From: Eledone cirrhosa
Lineage: Eukaryota
Reading direction: 5' to 3'
DNA: 64,000 nt
NCBI GenBank assembly: GCA_964016885.1
Contig: OZ024742.1
Location: 239,568,001-239,632,000 of the forward strand
The translations under genes were made by a program, and so were the position numbers. The first letter of the stretch is position 1, and every line of letters begins with the position of its first letter. Shown piece by piece: positions 18,901 through 31,390 of this stretch. Under the pieces are notes generated by a model, which was given only the letters and a program-made list of their open reading frames with translations, was not told the DNA's origin and searched no databases.

Positions 18901-18926
18901 TTAATATTCGAAAAACTCAGATTACA

Positions 18927-18993
<67 letters not shown>

Positions 18994-18996
<3 letters not shown>

Positions 18997-20902
18997 TTCT
19001 ATTTAAATTGTTGGGATACAACAAGCAAATATTTTTATAACTGATATAAAGCACTCAACAAATTATTGGAGTAAAAATACGATATTTTATTATAAATTTA
19101 TCGTATTTTTATAATATTATAATATACGATATATAAATATAAATTTAAAATGTAATATATAATTAATTAATTCTATTAATATATTGAACATATTGATAAA
19201 TCATTAGATTCCTTCTTTTGACTGCTTAAACTCTCAAGTTAAAAAAAAATTTTCATAAATAAAAATAAAAAATTCTTCTAGAGAAACATACTGAAAGCTC
19301 TTAAAAGGGGAAAATATTTTATTTGAAAGTTTCTCCTGGTTTTGAAAGTTTCTCTTTTGAAAGTTTCTCTTTTGAAAGTTTCTCTTTCTTTTTCTTATGG
19401 TTATAAAATTAAGTTAAACATACTGTGAACTAAATATTATATAGAAAATTTAAATTTTTATACTGAATCTATTAAACATATTCTTATTTTAAAATTATAT
19501 CTTGAAATATTCTATAATATTTTTTTAAATTATATTGATTTAAAGTTATATAGCTTATAATTATATTTCCAAATCGTGATATAATTCATTTTTATTTTAT
19601 TTTATTTTATTTTATTTTATTTTATATTATATATATTATGTACTTCAATTATACTATGTACTGTATTTTTATATCTCTCTCTATATATGTATGTGTGTAT
19701 ATATATGTATGTATATATATATATATATATATATGTGTGTATGTATATATATATATGTGATGCATATCTACCTGTATGTGTAAGTAAGTCTATGTGTATC
19801 TATGTGGGGATTGTGTGTATATATATGCATACAATTCAAATGCACTCGTTTATAAGGATTTTCTTAAGGTTCGTGATAAACAAACTTATATAATAACAGT
19901 CACAACTACATAACAGGTGGATTTATTAGATATAAAACTTATAAAAAAATTTGTATAATAACATAAGGTTTGTATAACCTAAAATTTCCTTTACTATCTT
20001 AACACTTGTAACATTTAATATAAGTAAATAACTTAATTTCCTTTACGCTGTTTCGCTATTACATAGAAATGATTTTCTCTGTTTTTTCTACGATTTTCTC
20101 CGAAATCTATAAGTTTATGAAAATTCCTATATCTTAAATTAAAAAGTCCTTTATTGTATGTATGTATATATATGTATATGTAGGTGTATGTATGTATATA
20201 TATTTATATGTATATATATATGTGTGTGCGTATGTATATATATGAATATATTCTTTTAATAATATATAGATTTTTAAATAATATATAGTCTTAATAATAT
20301 ATAGATTTTTAATAATATATCAATAATATATCAATTTTTAATCTATAGATCTCAATAATCTAATTGATAAACTAAACCTTTAATTATATTTCAACAATGG
20401 TTAAATTCTCCTATTATTTATGTATGTTCCATTCACGCTTATTTACACTTCTTTACTCATCCATTAAATATTTATTCTTTCACTTCATCTCAAAAGTTAA
20501 GCTAATACAACAACCTATCACTTAGAGCTTTCTCTTTCTCTTTTCTTTTTTCTTCTCTTTCTCCTTTTCTTTTTTTTTCTTCTCTTTCTCCTTTTCTTAT
20601 TTTTCTTATTTTCCTCTTTCTCTTTCTCCATAACCCAACGGCTTATTTAAATCTACTGTGATTTTAAAATATCCGAAACTAATTTGCATAATAGTATAAA
20701 TAAATTTATAACCCCACTATCCGGGAGCTTCCAACAGAAATGGTCGCATTCTTTAAGGGTATGTCAATATTTATTTATAAAACTGCTCTATATTATATTT
20801 TATCTGATGAAAGCACACCATAATTTAACTTGGCGTCCTTGAAATATGTATAATGAAATAAATAGGGTTTTATAAATATAGTTTCTATTTGTTAATATAT
20901 CG

Positions 20903-20905
<3 letters not shown>
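18994..20905 (+). mobile_element. Non-coding AT-rich Penelope 3' region/pLTR with inverted tail at its 5' end
   Basis: Ends in the same hammerhead-bearing pLTR as 6551 and 27393; begins with the same inverted ~95-bp tail as 27121; flanked by (TA)n. Confidence 0.7.
20797..20859 (+). ncRNA. Hammerhead ribozyme motif
   Basis: auuuuau-CUGAUGA-aagcacacca..uggcguccuu-GAAAU-augu-AUA-augaaau; 7-bp stem I, long stem II. Confidence 0.75.
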
Positions 20906-20935
<30 letters not shown>

Positions 20936-21209
20936 GTGTACGACACACAAACACATATGTATATATAACATAATTTCCTTGCTTATTTGATTTATTCAGC
21001 TCTTTGATATTCTTATCTAACTCTAAAACTAACATTTTCTACATTATCAACATAACCTTATTTTTATGTTTTCTTTTAAGTTTTTTCTCAGACTGTAAAT
21101 AAGTTAACTAAGTATTTGTATGATCAGCAGTAATCTACAGTTACAGAGACACTGAGACACCTGTTCTTATTGTAAGTCCACACACATACAGGTAGTGAAA
21201 TGACAGCAT

Positions 21210-21345
21210 CATTATTAGAACGTCACAGAATGCTTTGTGATACTTTTTCCAGTTCATAGCACTTTCAGTTCAAACCCAACCAGGGGTCAAGTTTTCCGTT
21301 TTCCTTTCAAGGTTGATAAAGTACCAGTTCAATACTGGTGTTGAT
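21210..21345 (+). mobile_element. Old SINE family A
   Basis: cagttcaaaccc...tttcaaggttgataaagtaccagt. Confidence 0.55.
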
Positions 21346-21471
21346 TCTTCTCCACCACCTCCCTCTTTCTTTCTATTTCTCAGTGGTATTCAGACCTAAA
21401 GAGAAATGAGCTTTGCAGGCTTGGTGTCCCTACAATGCCATCACGATCCTGTCATGAATATATATATATAT

Positions 21472-21693
21472 ATAATTACAACAGTGACATAAACAGGTAC
21501 TCAAGTTTCGTTGGATTCTGGACCCCAACTCATTCAGCCTGTCAAAAGAAAAATACAGGCTGAATGAGTTGGGGTCCAGAACCCAACAAACTTAAGTACC
21601 TGTTTATGTCACTGTTATAATTATTTATACTAAACTCGTCCTATGAACTGAGTGCTCTTACCCTTGGATATTTCCACCTAACTTTTACTACAG
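21472..21693. mobile_element. Second Penelope-type inverted pLTR palindrome plus tail, in (TA)n
   Basis: Arms 21472-21542 and 21555-21624, 12-nt loop; tail aactcgtcc..ctgagtgctct..ggatatt similar to 6071-6136. Confidence 0.8.
21493..21542 (-). ncRNA. Hammerhead motif with one-nucleotide core insertion (CUGAAUGA)
   Basis: acagg-CUGAAUGA-guugg..ccaac-GAAA-cuugag-UA-ccugu; mirror + copy lacks the G of GAAA. Confidence 0.65.
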
Positions 21694-21697
21694 TATG

Positions 21698-21781
<84 letters not shown>

Positions 21782-21785
21782 ATAT

Positions 21786-22381
21786 TTGTATTAATCTCCC
21801 GAGTCTTACAATTAACCTGTTAATAATTCTATTGACAGATTAATTGCATAAGTTTATTTTAAAAACTACCCGGTTGAGTGTTTATTCGATTTGTGCTATC
21901 TATGCAATTTTTTGTATGATATACACATACTGAATTCCTTTGCCAAAATATGGGGAATTTCCCCTTGTGACTTACGCATGTGCGTTTACAAAGTTCTGCG
22001 TCACTCGCAAAGTTGGTTACAGAGCAAAATTACCTGTTGATAACGTGATATTCCTTGTTCGATCTTTATGTTGAAAGCTTATACTTTTAAGCAGACAGTA
22101 TTATTGATTTAGGTGTCATAGAAACCCTGCATTTGGATTTTACCATCAATTCCATTTGGGTCCAGGTCTGTTTTTATTATTTATTTTGTTTGACCTGTTT
22201 AGCTTGATTTGTTTTTTTGGCTTATGTGGTTAATGCCTTCTTGACCACTTTTTCAGTTTGTATGGCGTTTTAACATATTGTTTAGCTCTATTTTTTTAAC
22301 TATTGAGCGCTTGCCAGCATTTCTACGATTTTGCATTTCGTTTCGGTTTTTCTACCAGCCGAAATACGATTCTCGCTGAAT

Positions 22382-22385
<4 letters not shown>
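21786..22385 (+). mobile_element. (TA)n-embedded repeat (family D), probable pLTR with degenerate hammerhead at 22026-22088
   Basis: 22190-22385 homologous to 63515-63710; ends gccgaaatacgattctcgctgaatta(ta)n; aaaauuac-CUGUUGA-stem-GAAAGCUU-auacuuuu. Confidence 0.55.
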
Positions 22386-22417
<32 letters not shown>

Positions 22418-22419
<2 letters not shown>

Positions 22420-22713
22420 GTACCACAACATCCAGTCCAAACTAATGAGGTCGTGTAGGTGTCACGACAAAAAAAAAAAATACACAGTCCACGCTGTAAT
22501 GTGGTCGTGTAGGTAACATGGTAAACATCTTCCAGTCCACACTGTAAATGTGGTTGGTGTTAGGAAGGGCATCCAGCTGTAAAAAACCTGCCAAATAGTC
22601 CTATACGAGTGAGACACGGTCACCCGACCAATCTTGCCTCAAATGGGACAATTCCCGTCTAACCCATGCTAGCGTGGAAGATAGACGTTGAACGATGATG
22701 ATGATGATGATGA
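22418..22713 (+). mobile_element. RTE-tailed SINE-like element with ~3 internal 48-bp units
   Basis: Same modules and tail as 1763-2487. Confidence 0.8.
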
Positions 22714-22730
22714 TATATATATATAATAAT

Positions 22731-22906
22731 TGTTTCTACTTTTGGCACAAGGTCAGCAATTACCCAGTGCATTACTGGTACTTTATTTTATCGACCCCGT
22801 AAGGATGAAAGGCAAAGTTAACCTCGGCGGGATTTGAACTCAGAATGGCAAGGGCCGTAACTCTATGCGTCAAAGCATGGCGTCCGACCCTCTACTGATA
22901 CTGCCA
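22731..22906 (-). mobile_element. Young SINE family A
   Basis: Full body in reverse; atatataataat on both flanks (TSD). Confidence 0.9.
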
Positions 22907-23090
22907 ATATATAATAATAACATTAATAAAGATGCTGATGTTACATAAATCATTCATTCATTATAATTATTTCCACAGTTCTCCCATGCAATCAAGATGT
23001 AATTCATGCACTTGTTGTGAGAACGATATCCTCAGTTGAAATTCGATTTTGTGATATGCCGATGGCGCCATTGTAGTAACTGGCCTTAAT

Positions 23091-23178
<88 letters not shown>

Positions 23179-23197
23179 GCCAATAGCTGATATACTA

Positions 23198-23440
23198 TAT
23201 ACAAGATGGATTGAGCTGTTCACAGTTGATCCAGTATATACAAGGTGCATGTGTGTATCAGTGTGCTACACACAAGATGGACAGAGTTGTTTGCAGTTAA
23301 TCCAATACATACAAGATGGATAGAACTGCATACAGTTGATCCAGTACATACAAGGTGCATGTGTTTGTAGATGGATAGAGCTGCATACAATATGGATAAA
23401 GCTGCTCACAGTTGATCTGGTACATACAAAGTGCATGTGT
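23198..23440. repeat. Degenerate minisatellite followed by purine-rich low-complexity tract
   Basis: Recurrent tacaagatgga.agagctg..cacagttgatccagtacatacaaggtgcatgtgt. Confidence 0.65.
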
Positions 23441-23794
23441 GAGGGGGGGGGGAATAAAAGAGAGGAGGTGAAAGGAGGAGAGGGAGAGGTGTAGAGAGAA
23501 AAAATGGATTAAAGGAGATAGAAAGAGATGAAGAAGGGGTGATAAAAGAATGAGAAAAGTAAAAAAGAAAAGAGATCGATCTAGTACATACATAGTGTAT
23601 GTGTAGGGGGGGGGTGAGAAATGGAGAGAATAAGAGAGAGGGACAGTTTGAGTGAGAGAGATAGAGAGAGAGAGAGAATAAGAGAGTCTGGGAAAGAGAA
23701 AGGAGAAAGAAAAAGACGAAGAAAGGATGAGAGAAAGAATGAGAAAAGAAGAAAAGATAGATTAAAACTTGGATTTAAAGCATCTATGTTCACC

Positions 23795-23826
<32 letters not shown>

Positions 23827-24060
23827 CGTGTGTGTGTGTGTGGGGGGGGGGGGTATGTGGTCAAACAGCAGGGCATTCATAAGTTCACTGCCTAACAGAT
23901 CCATCAACAATAACCACGAAGAATTCACCTTAATTGAACATAAGAACAAACTTTTCTTGACACGCATTCCTTCCATCAAATCACACCCCAACTCCTCTCT
24001 CTCTCTTTCTCTAACACGTATACAAAATCATAATAGAAAAACTATATTCCCTTGAGAACG

Positions 24061-24123
<63 letters not shown>

Positions 24124-24319
24124 GGTGTGTGAGAGAGAGAGCGAGAGAGAGTAAAGTTGTCAGATCGTCTTGGTGTAGTGGTCTTATACGGCTGTTCAGT
24201 ATACAACAAATACCTGGTTCGATTCACCTAGATGCTTCTGCCCCCCCCCCCCCCCCGTCATATTTTCATTTGTATAAATATATATAGTTTATCAAAAAGA
24301 ATATTAACCGTATTATATA

Positions 24320-24906
24320 TCACCTTGATCACCTTGACCGACCAGTCTGTCGGGCGTCCATTCAGCGCCGCTGGTCATAGCACGCCGTCCATTCCTCTCT
24401 GGATCGTGCTTTCCTCATCCATGTATTCCCAATCGTATTCTTAAAATCGTAACTCCACCCTCGTGGAGGCCTTCCGAGTCGTCGTTTCCGCTCGCGCGGG
24501 TACTACTCAGCAACTGCGCGGGTCCACCGATTATCGGTGAACCGGGCGACGTGTCCAGCCCATCTGAACTTGCTGCGCATATATTCCATGATGACGTCCC
24601 TCGCGCCGGACTTCTGTCTGATGACTTCGCTCCTGATGTGCTCTCTCAACGAGATTCCTAGCATTGATCTCTCCATGGCTCTTTGAGCCGTTACCAGCCT
24701 CTGCTCTTCTCTCTGCCATATAACATTGCAGGTAAAACTGTGCTATTGAAGAGGTTGGCGCGGGTGGTCTTGACCAACCTCCCTTTGAGCACATCCCTTA
24801 TGCCGTTGAACGCCTTCCATCCGGCCCTTACTCTCCGCGAGATCTCCCTCTCAATGCCTCGGCGCATGTTCACTTCTTGTCCCAGGTAGACGTATTCCTC
24901 CACCTC
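24320..24906 (-). mobile_element. RTE-clade LINE 3' fragment
   Basis: EVEEYVYLGQEVN..EISRRVRAGWKAF..LFNSTVLPAMLYG; WAGHVAR-type motif; tandem tail tcaaggtga. Confidence 0.9.
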
Positions 24907-25080
24907 CGACAACGTACCAACATGTCGAATGGTGGTTGGCGGTGAGGAAATAGAGGAGGTATTATATATAGTACTGTATATATTGAGCAATTCTAGTGAA
25001 AATATTTCGTGTTTAAATGAATTGACAATTGTATTGTGGAGTAAGATATCCACAACCATATATATGTGAGTATACAAAAA

Positions 25081-25134
<54 letters not shown>

Positions 25135-25805
25135 CGTATATATGTGTGTGTTGAACTATGAAAACAAAAAGCGAAGTTTAGTGCTTCGTTAGTTCATTGT
25201 TTTATGATCGTTTCAGAAGAATGGTTGATCATGATAACTCGATATGGTGATTAATCGATAAGAGTTATGCAACTCCATATCATTAGTCTCGATACTATAG
25301 ATACATCTCACCGTATTTGTCTGAAGACAGGTGGATACCAGTCTGTGTGCGTGTGGGGGGGGGGGTGAATACAAGGCTGAATTTATCGGAGGGGTGGTGG
25401 TGGTTGGGGGGGGGGGGGGTTAACAGGGTCTCCCTTCTCTGAATAGAGCCCCCCTCTTTAAACAGGACCCAACCCAACAATTTTATGTTTTAGTGAGTAT
25501 GTTTATAAAAATGTAATCGATGTCACTTTTGTGCCAATTTATCAATATGTCTCTACTTTAGCGACACCAGTTGGCGAAAGTAGGGGGATGTGGTGTATAT
25601 ATACGCATGTGTATAAGTGTATGTACAGTTATATCTATGAGGGTTCTTGCTATATGTATGTATATATATATGTGTGTGATTATAAATATATTTGATCATT
25701 CCTTTGCTACTCCCAAAAGTAGAAACAATTATTTGACCTCATGACATGGTATTGGACTCATGTATTTGAAGAAATTCAAATATATTTCTCTCTATTCAGT
25801 CTCTG

Positions 25806-25931
<126 letters not shown>

Positions 25932-26399
25932 CTCGCGCGCGCGCTTCATCTTTTTTTTTTAAAGTTAGCCAAACATTTGTCACAATGGTTTCTTGCCACT
26001 AACATGTAAGTAAATTAGTTACCATTATGAAGATTTGATAACATATATCTTAAAAACAAGTGTATTTTAAATGCTGAATTTTAAAATCTAACCGTTCCAG
26101 CGAAATATCGTTTGATACCAAACCAATTGAAACCGGTTCTATAATACACAACTGTTTTAAAGAGTTTAAATTTATCTAAAAAGTTCGCATCATAATTTTA
26201 TGGAAAAACACAACTTTATTATGTTCTAAACACCAGCTTAATAATGAGAAATTCATTGTTTTTGCATTTAAATTATATATATATAAATTGCCAAGTACAA
26301 TTTTGTGCACTAAATGGATTTTGATAGGTAAATTTGATAATTTGCTGAGTATTCTAATTTTTGTCTATGAGGGATCCATGCACAAACATTAGATGAAGT

Positions 26400-26870
26400 T
26401 ATGGCTTGTTAATGAAGAGAGGAGTGTCATTGAAACTGAAGAGAAAGATGTAGGCAGTGTGTGTGTGTGAGAAGTGCCATGATTTATAGGAGCAAGACAT
26501 GAATGAAATATGGTCATCACCCAGAATGTGCAGCAACAGGGAAGAATGGAAAGAATTAAAATGAGAATGATAAGGTGGATGAGTGGAGTATTGCTCAGAG
26601 AGATGATAAGAAATGAATTGCAGAGGATGAGAATAGAGCCAGTAATAGATGTTGTGAAGAAAAATGTAATGAAATGGTTAGGTCATGTATTGAGGGACGA
26701 TTGGGTGAGAAGACTGATGGAAATTAATGTGGAGGGAGTTAGAAAAAGTGGAAGACTAAAAATCGAAAGCCAAGTGTTGTTGGGGGAGGATGCAGTCAAT
26801 ATGGCAAAGTGTAGAAACTTGTCATGGGGCCTACAATTTCAACCTTTAACAGGAAAAAGCCTTAAAGTGC
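26400..26870 (+). mobile_element. Old RTE-like LINE 3' remnant
   Basis: MRMIRWMSGV..MKWLGHVLRDDWVRRLMEINVEGVRKSGR. Confidence 0.75.
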
Positions 26871-26934
26871 GTGTTATTCTATAAGAGGCCTACCAAACCT
26901 TAATTGCCCCAGGGCCCCTAGATCTAAATCTGGT

Positions 26935-26983
<49 letters not shown>

Positions 26984-27023
26984 AAACATAAATTATCGAG
27001 ATTCGCATTTCGGCCCACGAAAT

Positions 27024-27119
<96 letters not shown>

Positions 27120-27120
27120 A

Positions 27121-27561
27121 AAGCTCTATTTAAATTGTTGGGATACAACAAGCAAATATTTTTTATAACTGATATAAAGCACTCAACAAATATTTGGAGT
27201 AAAAATACGATATTAACAAATGGAAACTATATTTATAAAACCATATTTATTTCATTATACATATTTCAAGGACACCAAGTTAAATTATGGTGTGCTTTCA
27301 TCAGATAAGATATAATATAGAACAGTTTTATAAATAAATATTGACATACCCTTAAAGAATGCAACCATTACTGTTGGAAGGTCCCGGATAGCCCGGGAGC
27401 TTCCAACAGTAATGGTTGCATTCTTTAAGGGTATGTCAATATTTATTTATAAAACTGTTCTATATTATATCTTATCTGATGAAAGCACACCATAATTTAA
27501 CTTGGTGTCCTTGAAATATGTATAATGAAATAAATATAGTTTCCATTTGTTAATATCGTAT
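27121..27561. mobile_element. Penelope inverted pLTR: ~355-bp palindrome (27205-27561) with two hammerheads plus one-sided tail (27121-27204)
   Basis: Arms meet at ggaaggtcccggatagcccgggagcttcc; hammerheads at ~27249-27311 (-) and ~27469-27531 (+); same family as 6551 and 20797. Confidence 0.85.
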
Positions 27562-27568
27562 ATAACAG

Positions 27569-27628
27569 ATTAAAGTTTAAGCAAAGAACGCTGCTTTCAC
27601 CCTTAACGGGATCTTCTGAAACTTTAAT
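27569..27628 (-). ncRNA. Hammerhead-fold RNA with variant core (CAGAAGA)
   Basis: 10-bp stem I auuaaaguuu/aaacuuuaau; ccc/ggg stem II; gcag/uugc stem III; CUU triplet. Confidence 0.6.
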
Positions 27629-27719
27629 AAAATTTGCTCTATGGCTTTATACATTTTGATATATATATATTATCCTTATCGAGCCCTCTTTGGGTTTTAG
27701 TCTTCACATTTATTATTAT

Positions 27720-27757
<38 letters not shown>

Positions 27758-27764
27758 ACATATA

Positions 27765-27842
<78 letters not shown>

Positions 27843-27844
27843 AT

Positions 27845-28175
27845 ACTTGCCAGCTGAGTGGAATGGGGCCACGTGAAATAAATGTCTTGCTCAACCACTC
27901 TGCCTGAGTTCGATTCTTGGTGACACATTTTATCTTTGAAAAACGCTCTTCACTTCATGTGGCTCCAGTCCATTTAGTTGGCAAAAACGTGAGTTATACT
28001 TGACATTCAAAGGGCCGGCTTTGTCATAGACAGTGATATGCTGAATCTCCCTAAGAACTACGTTAAGGGACATGTCTGTAGAATGCTCAGTCACTCACAC
28101 GTTAATTTCACGAGTAGCAGGCTGTTCCGTTGATTGAATCAACTGGAACACTTATCTTCAGAACCAACGGAGCGC
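27845..28175 (+). mobile_element. SINE family B remnants (rearranged)
   Basis: gagttcgattc, gctccagtcc, caaagggccggctttgtc..ctgaatctccctaagaactacgttaaggg; short inverted piece at the start. Confidence 0.55.
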
Positions 28176-28900
28176 AAATAGGCTGGTGTGTGTGTGTGTG
28201 TAGCCGTTAAAAAATAGTTGAGCCAAACTCTAACTCACATTGCATATGACTTGATTCGTTCCTCCATTAAAATTCCTGCTTTAGAAGTATTTTGTTTGTT
28301 GTTGTATCCAGACTATTGATGTTGGTGGTGGTGATGATGTTTAGCCCTAGGTCAGCTCTGATCGAGCAGACTCATATTCAAAGTTGTTTGATCTGTGATC
28401 ATCTCGTCTTTTTGTCAGTAATATATAAATCAATGTGTCCTTCCTTTTATTTATTTTTTTAGTTTGTATTTTAAACATGGTAGGATTTAATTTGATGGAG
28501 ATTTGACTGCTATATCCAGCCACTTGAACGACCGTGTTAGAGTTTCTTTTTAACCAGTTATTTTTGCCGTTGTTGATGAAACCGTGATCAACCCATTTTA
28601 TTAGTAATACATTATCCAAGGTGTCACTCTATTCTACAAAATGGTAGAGTATGATTTAAAGCAATCATGGATAAACTGCAGACCGTTTGGCTTTCCGAAT
28701 GGCACACCGAATTTCAAAATTGCCTTGATTTTTTTAGTAGTACGGTCCGCCTTATGGTGAATCACATCCTACACGGCCAACTGCTCAAAAATGGTTGCCC
28801 ATGCCTAATTTAACAGTATAATTTGAGGGAGATTTTGGCAGCTATACCTAGTAGATAGAGAGGACACGTTAATGTCTCCCTTCATGGATCGTTATTTTTG

Positions 28901-29082
28901 TGGTGGATTGGCAGTATAGGTAGAGGGTCGGACGCCATGCTTTCCAGCATAGTTACGTCCCTTTACGGTCTGAGTTCAAATCCCGCCGAGGTTGACTTTG
29001 CCTTTCATCCTTACGGGGTCGATAAAATAAAGTACCAGTAATGCACTGGGTAATTGCTGGCCTTGTGCCTAAAGTAGAAACA
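28901..29082 (+). mobile_element. Young SINE family A with 10-bp TSD
   Basis: TSD gttatttttg at 28891-28900 and 29083-29092. Confidence 0.93.
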
Positions 29083-29916
29083 GTTATTTTTGCCGTACAA
29101 ACCAGCTGGCCCCTGTTTGCGGAGTTCTAAATCTAATTATGTACAGTAACTTTACATTTTCTGGCAAATACTACATGTGATGCTTACATGGTAAATGTTG
29201 GTTATAAGACTTAAAACACGCATAAAATATTTAAAACATCCATTACAAATGCTTTTCAGACTCAGAAAATATCGAATTGGTCAAACACCAAACATTCGTG
29301 AGTCATGGCACCCGCCTCAAAGATTTGTGCAGCTGTAAAATTTCCTTAAAATAAACCCTAGTAGAAACTATTATTCTAGATAACGATAACCGACTTACCT
29401 CAATGTTTTCTTCTTTCGTTTTTCTTAATTATTTTCACCTGACTTGTACTCCGCCGTCTCTCTTCCCCTCACGCTAAAACTTTTAAGCCAACCTGTACGA
29501 GAGTATAAATTGTGTATGCATATGTTACGTGTGTGATGTATGTTGTGTGAATAAGTTGTTTGTGCGTGTGTGTGTTTGTCTTTGGATGTGTATATGTTGT
29601 TTGTGTGTGTATAAGTTGTGTGCGTGTGTGTATGTTGTATTTCCGCGTGTGTGTGTGTGTGTTGTCTTTGTATGTGTATAAGTAGTGTTTATGCGTATGT
29701 ACTTGTAAGTAAAAAAAAAATATATATATATATATGTATCTATGTGTGTGTGTTATTTATTACACACATTTATAATCATTACTTAGTGTGTGTATGTATT
29801 TGTATATATGTATGTGTGTGAGTATTGTGTCATTTATATACCCACCTATAATTATTCCTTTGCGTGTGTGGATTTCTGCATGTATGTGTATGTATTTCTC
29901 TCTTTCTCTACCTCTC

Positions 29917-30081
<165 letters not shown>

Positions 30082-30254
30082 TGTGTGTGTGTGTGTGCGT
30101 GTAGTGTGTTATTTATATACACACATATATAATTATTCCCTATAGCCGCAAGTTGTTTTCTCTTAGCACTTTCTCGACCTCAACTATTCACACTCGTTCT
30201 GCCACATTCTTCTCCATATACATACCTAGACTCAGTGTGTTTGTGTGTGTACCA

Positions 30255-30324
<70 letters not shown>

Positions 30325-30327
<3 letters not shown>

Positions 30328-30600
30328 GTTGCGTGGCTTACTGGCTAGAGTGTTCGGTTCACACACGCAAGGTCTGGAGATCGATTCTCGCCGGCGCATT
30401 GTCTTTGAGCAAGATACTTTATTTCACGTTACATTAGGCTACTCAGATGGAAACTGAGTTGTACCTGTAATTCAAAGGGGGTAGGCTTGTTACACATAAC
30501 GTACTTATGAAAAGTACATCATGGGTACACGTCTGTGAAATACTACAATAGTTACACATTAATTTCACAAGCGGCGTGTTCGTTGTTGAAATCGATGAAG
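30325..30600 (+). mobile_element. SINE family B
   Basis: tggcttactgg A-box, gatcgattc B-box, ttgagcaagatactttatttcac. Confidence 0.75.
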
Positions 30601-31003
30601 GTCCATTTATTTCCTATGTGTGTATATATATATATATGTGTGTGTCTATATATATGTGCGTGTGTATTTGTGTGTGTTTTCTGTTATCTGCTTCTTTCAC
30701 CTTTTCTTTTTCCTAACTTTGTCATGTAAAGAAATGTCATCACAACACCTGTTGATATGTCTGACAAATCCCCCCCACCACCACCACTACCACCACTACC
30801 AGCGACACCACTACCACCATTGTCACTGTGCTGGCGCCACTGTAATCCCCACCACCCCCATAACAACAACAACAACAAATATAGAATCTGCTATATGGAG
30901 GTCTGGTGCTACCATTAAGGTCAACTAGGCAGCCATCTCAAGTGCAGACCTCAGAGAGGTACATTACTGAACCTTTTGAAAAGGATCACATTTGTATAAT
31001 TAA

Positions 31004-31390
31004 CCCTTTAGCATTTACATTATTCTATTGGCAGTATCGGTAGGTGGTCTGACGCCATGCTTTGACTCATAGAGTTACGGCCCTTGCCATTCTGAGTTCA
31101 AATCCCGCCGAGATTAACTTTGTCTTTCATCCTTACGGGGTCAATAAAATAAAGTACCAGTAATGCACAGGTTAATTCCTTGTGCCAAATGTAGAAACAA
31201 TTATTCTATATTTACTATTGTATTTTTGTGGTAAATGATTTACCTTACATAATATCTCACATAATATCGAATCTTTGAGATTTTAATATTATTTATTTTG
31301 AGAACAATACCTTAACGTCAGTATGGCCGGTTTGGACAGAACGAGGTGAGAGAATTCTGGCTGGATATGGTCGGGTTAAATGCTAAAAGG
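31004..31390. mobile_element. piggyBac-type MITE (TTAA TSD) containing a nested SINE A (31029-31199, TSD attattctat)
   Basis: ttaa-ccctttagcattta...taaatgctaaaagg-ttaa; uninterrupted paralog at 59272. Confidence 0.85.

Larger units (their letters stand above)
18173..18920 (+). mobile_element. Hammerhead-containing element bounded by ~150-bp direct repeats (pLTR/retrozyme-like)
   Basis: 18173-18320 is repeated at 18589-18920; the second copy is interrupted by a SINE; the repeat starts inside the ribozyme. Confidence 0.7.

Noticed and set aside
25200-25295. Possible long-stem hammerhead on the minus strand (CUAAUGA...GAAACG)
   Set aside because: Core mutated and no stem I pairing identifiable
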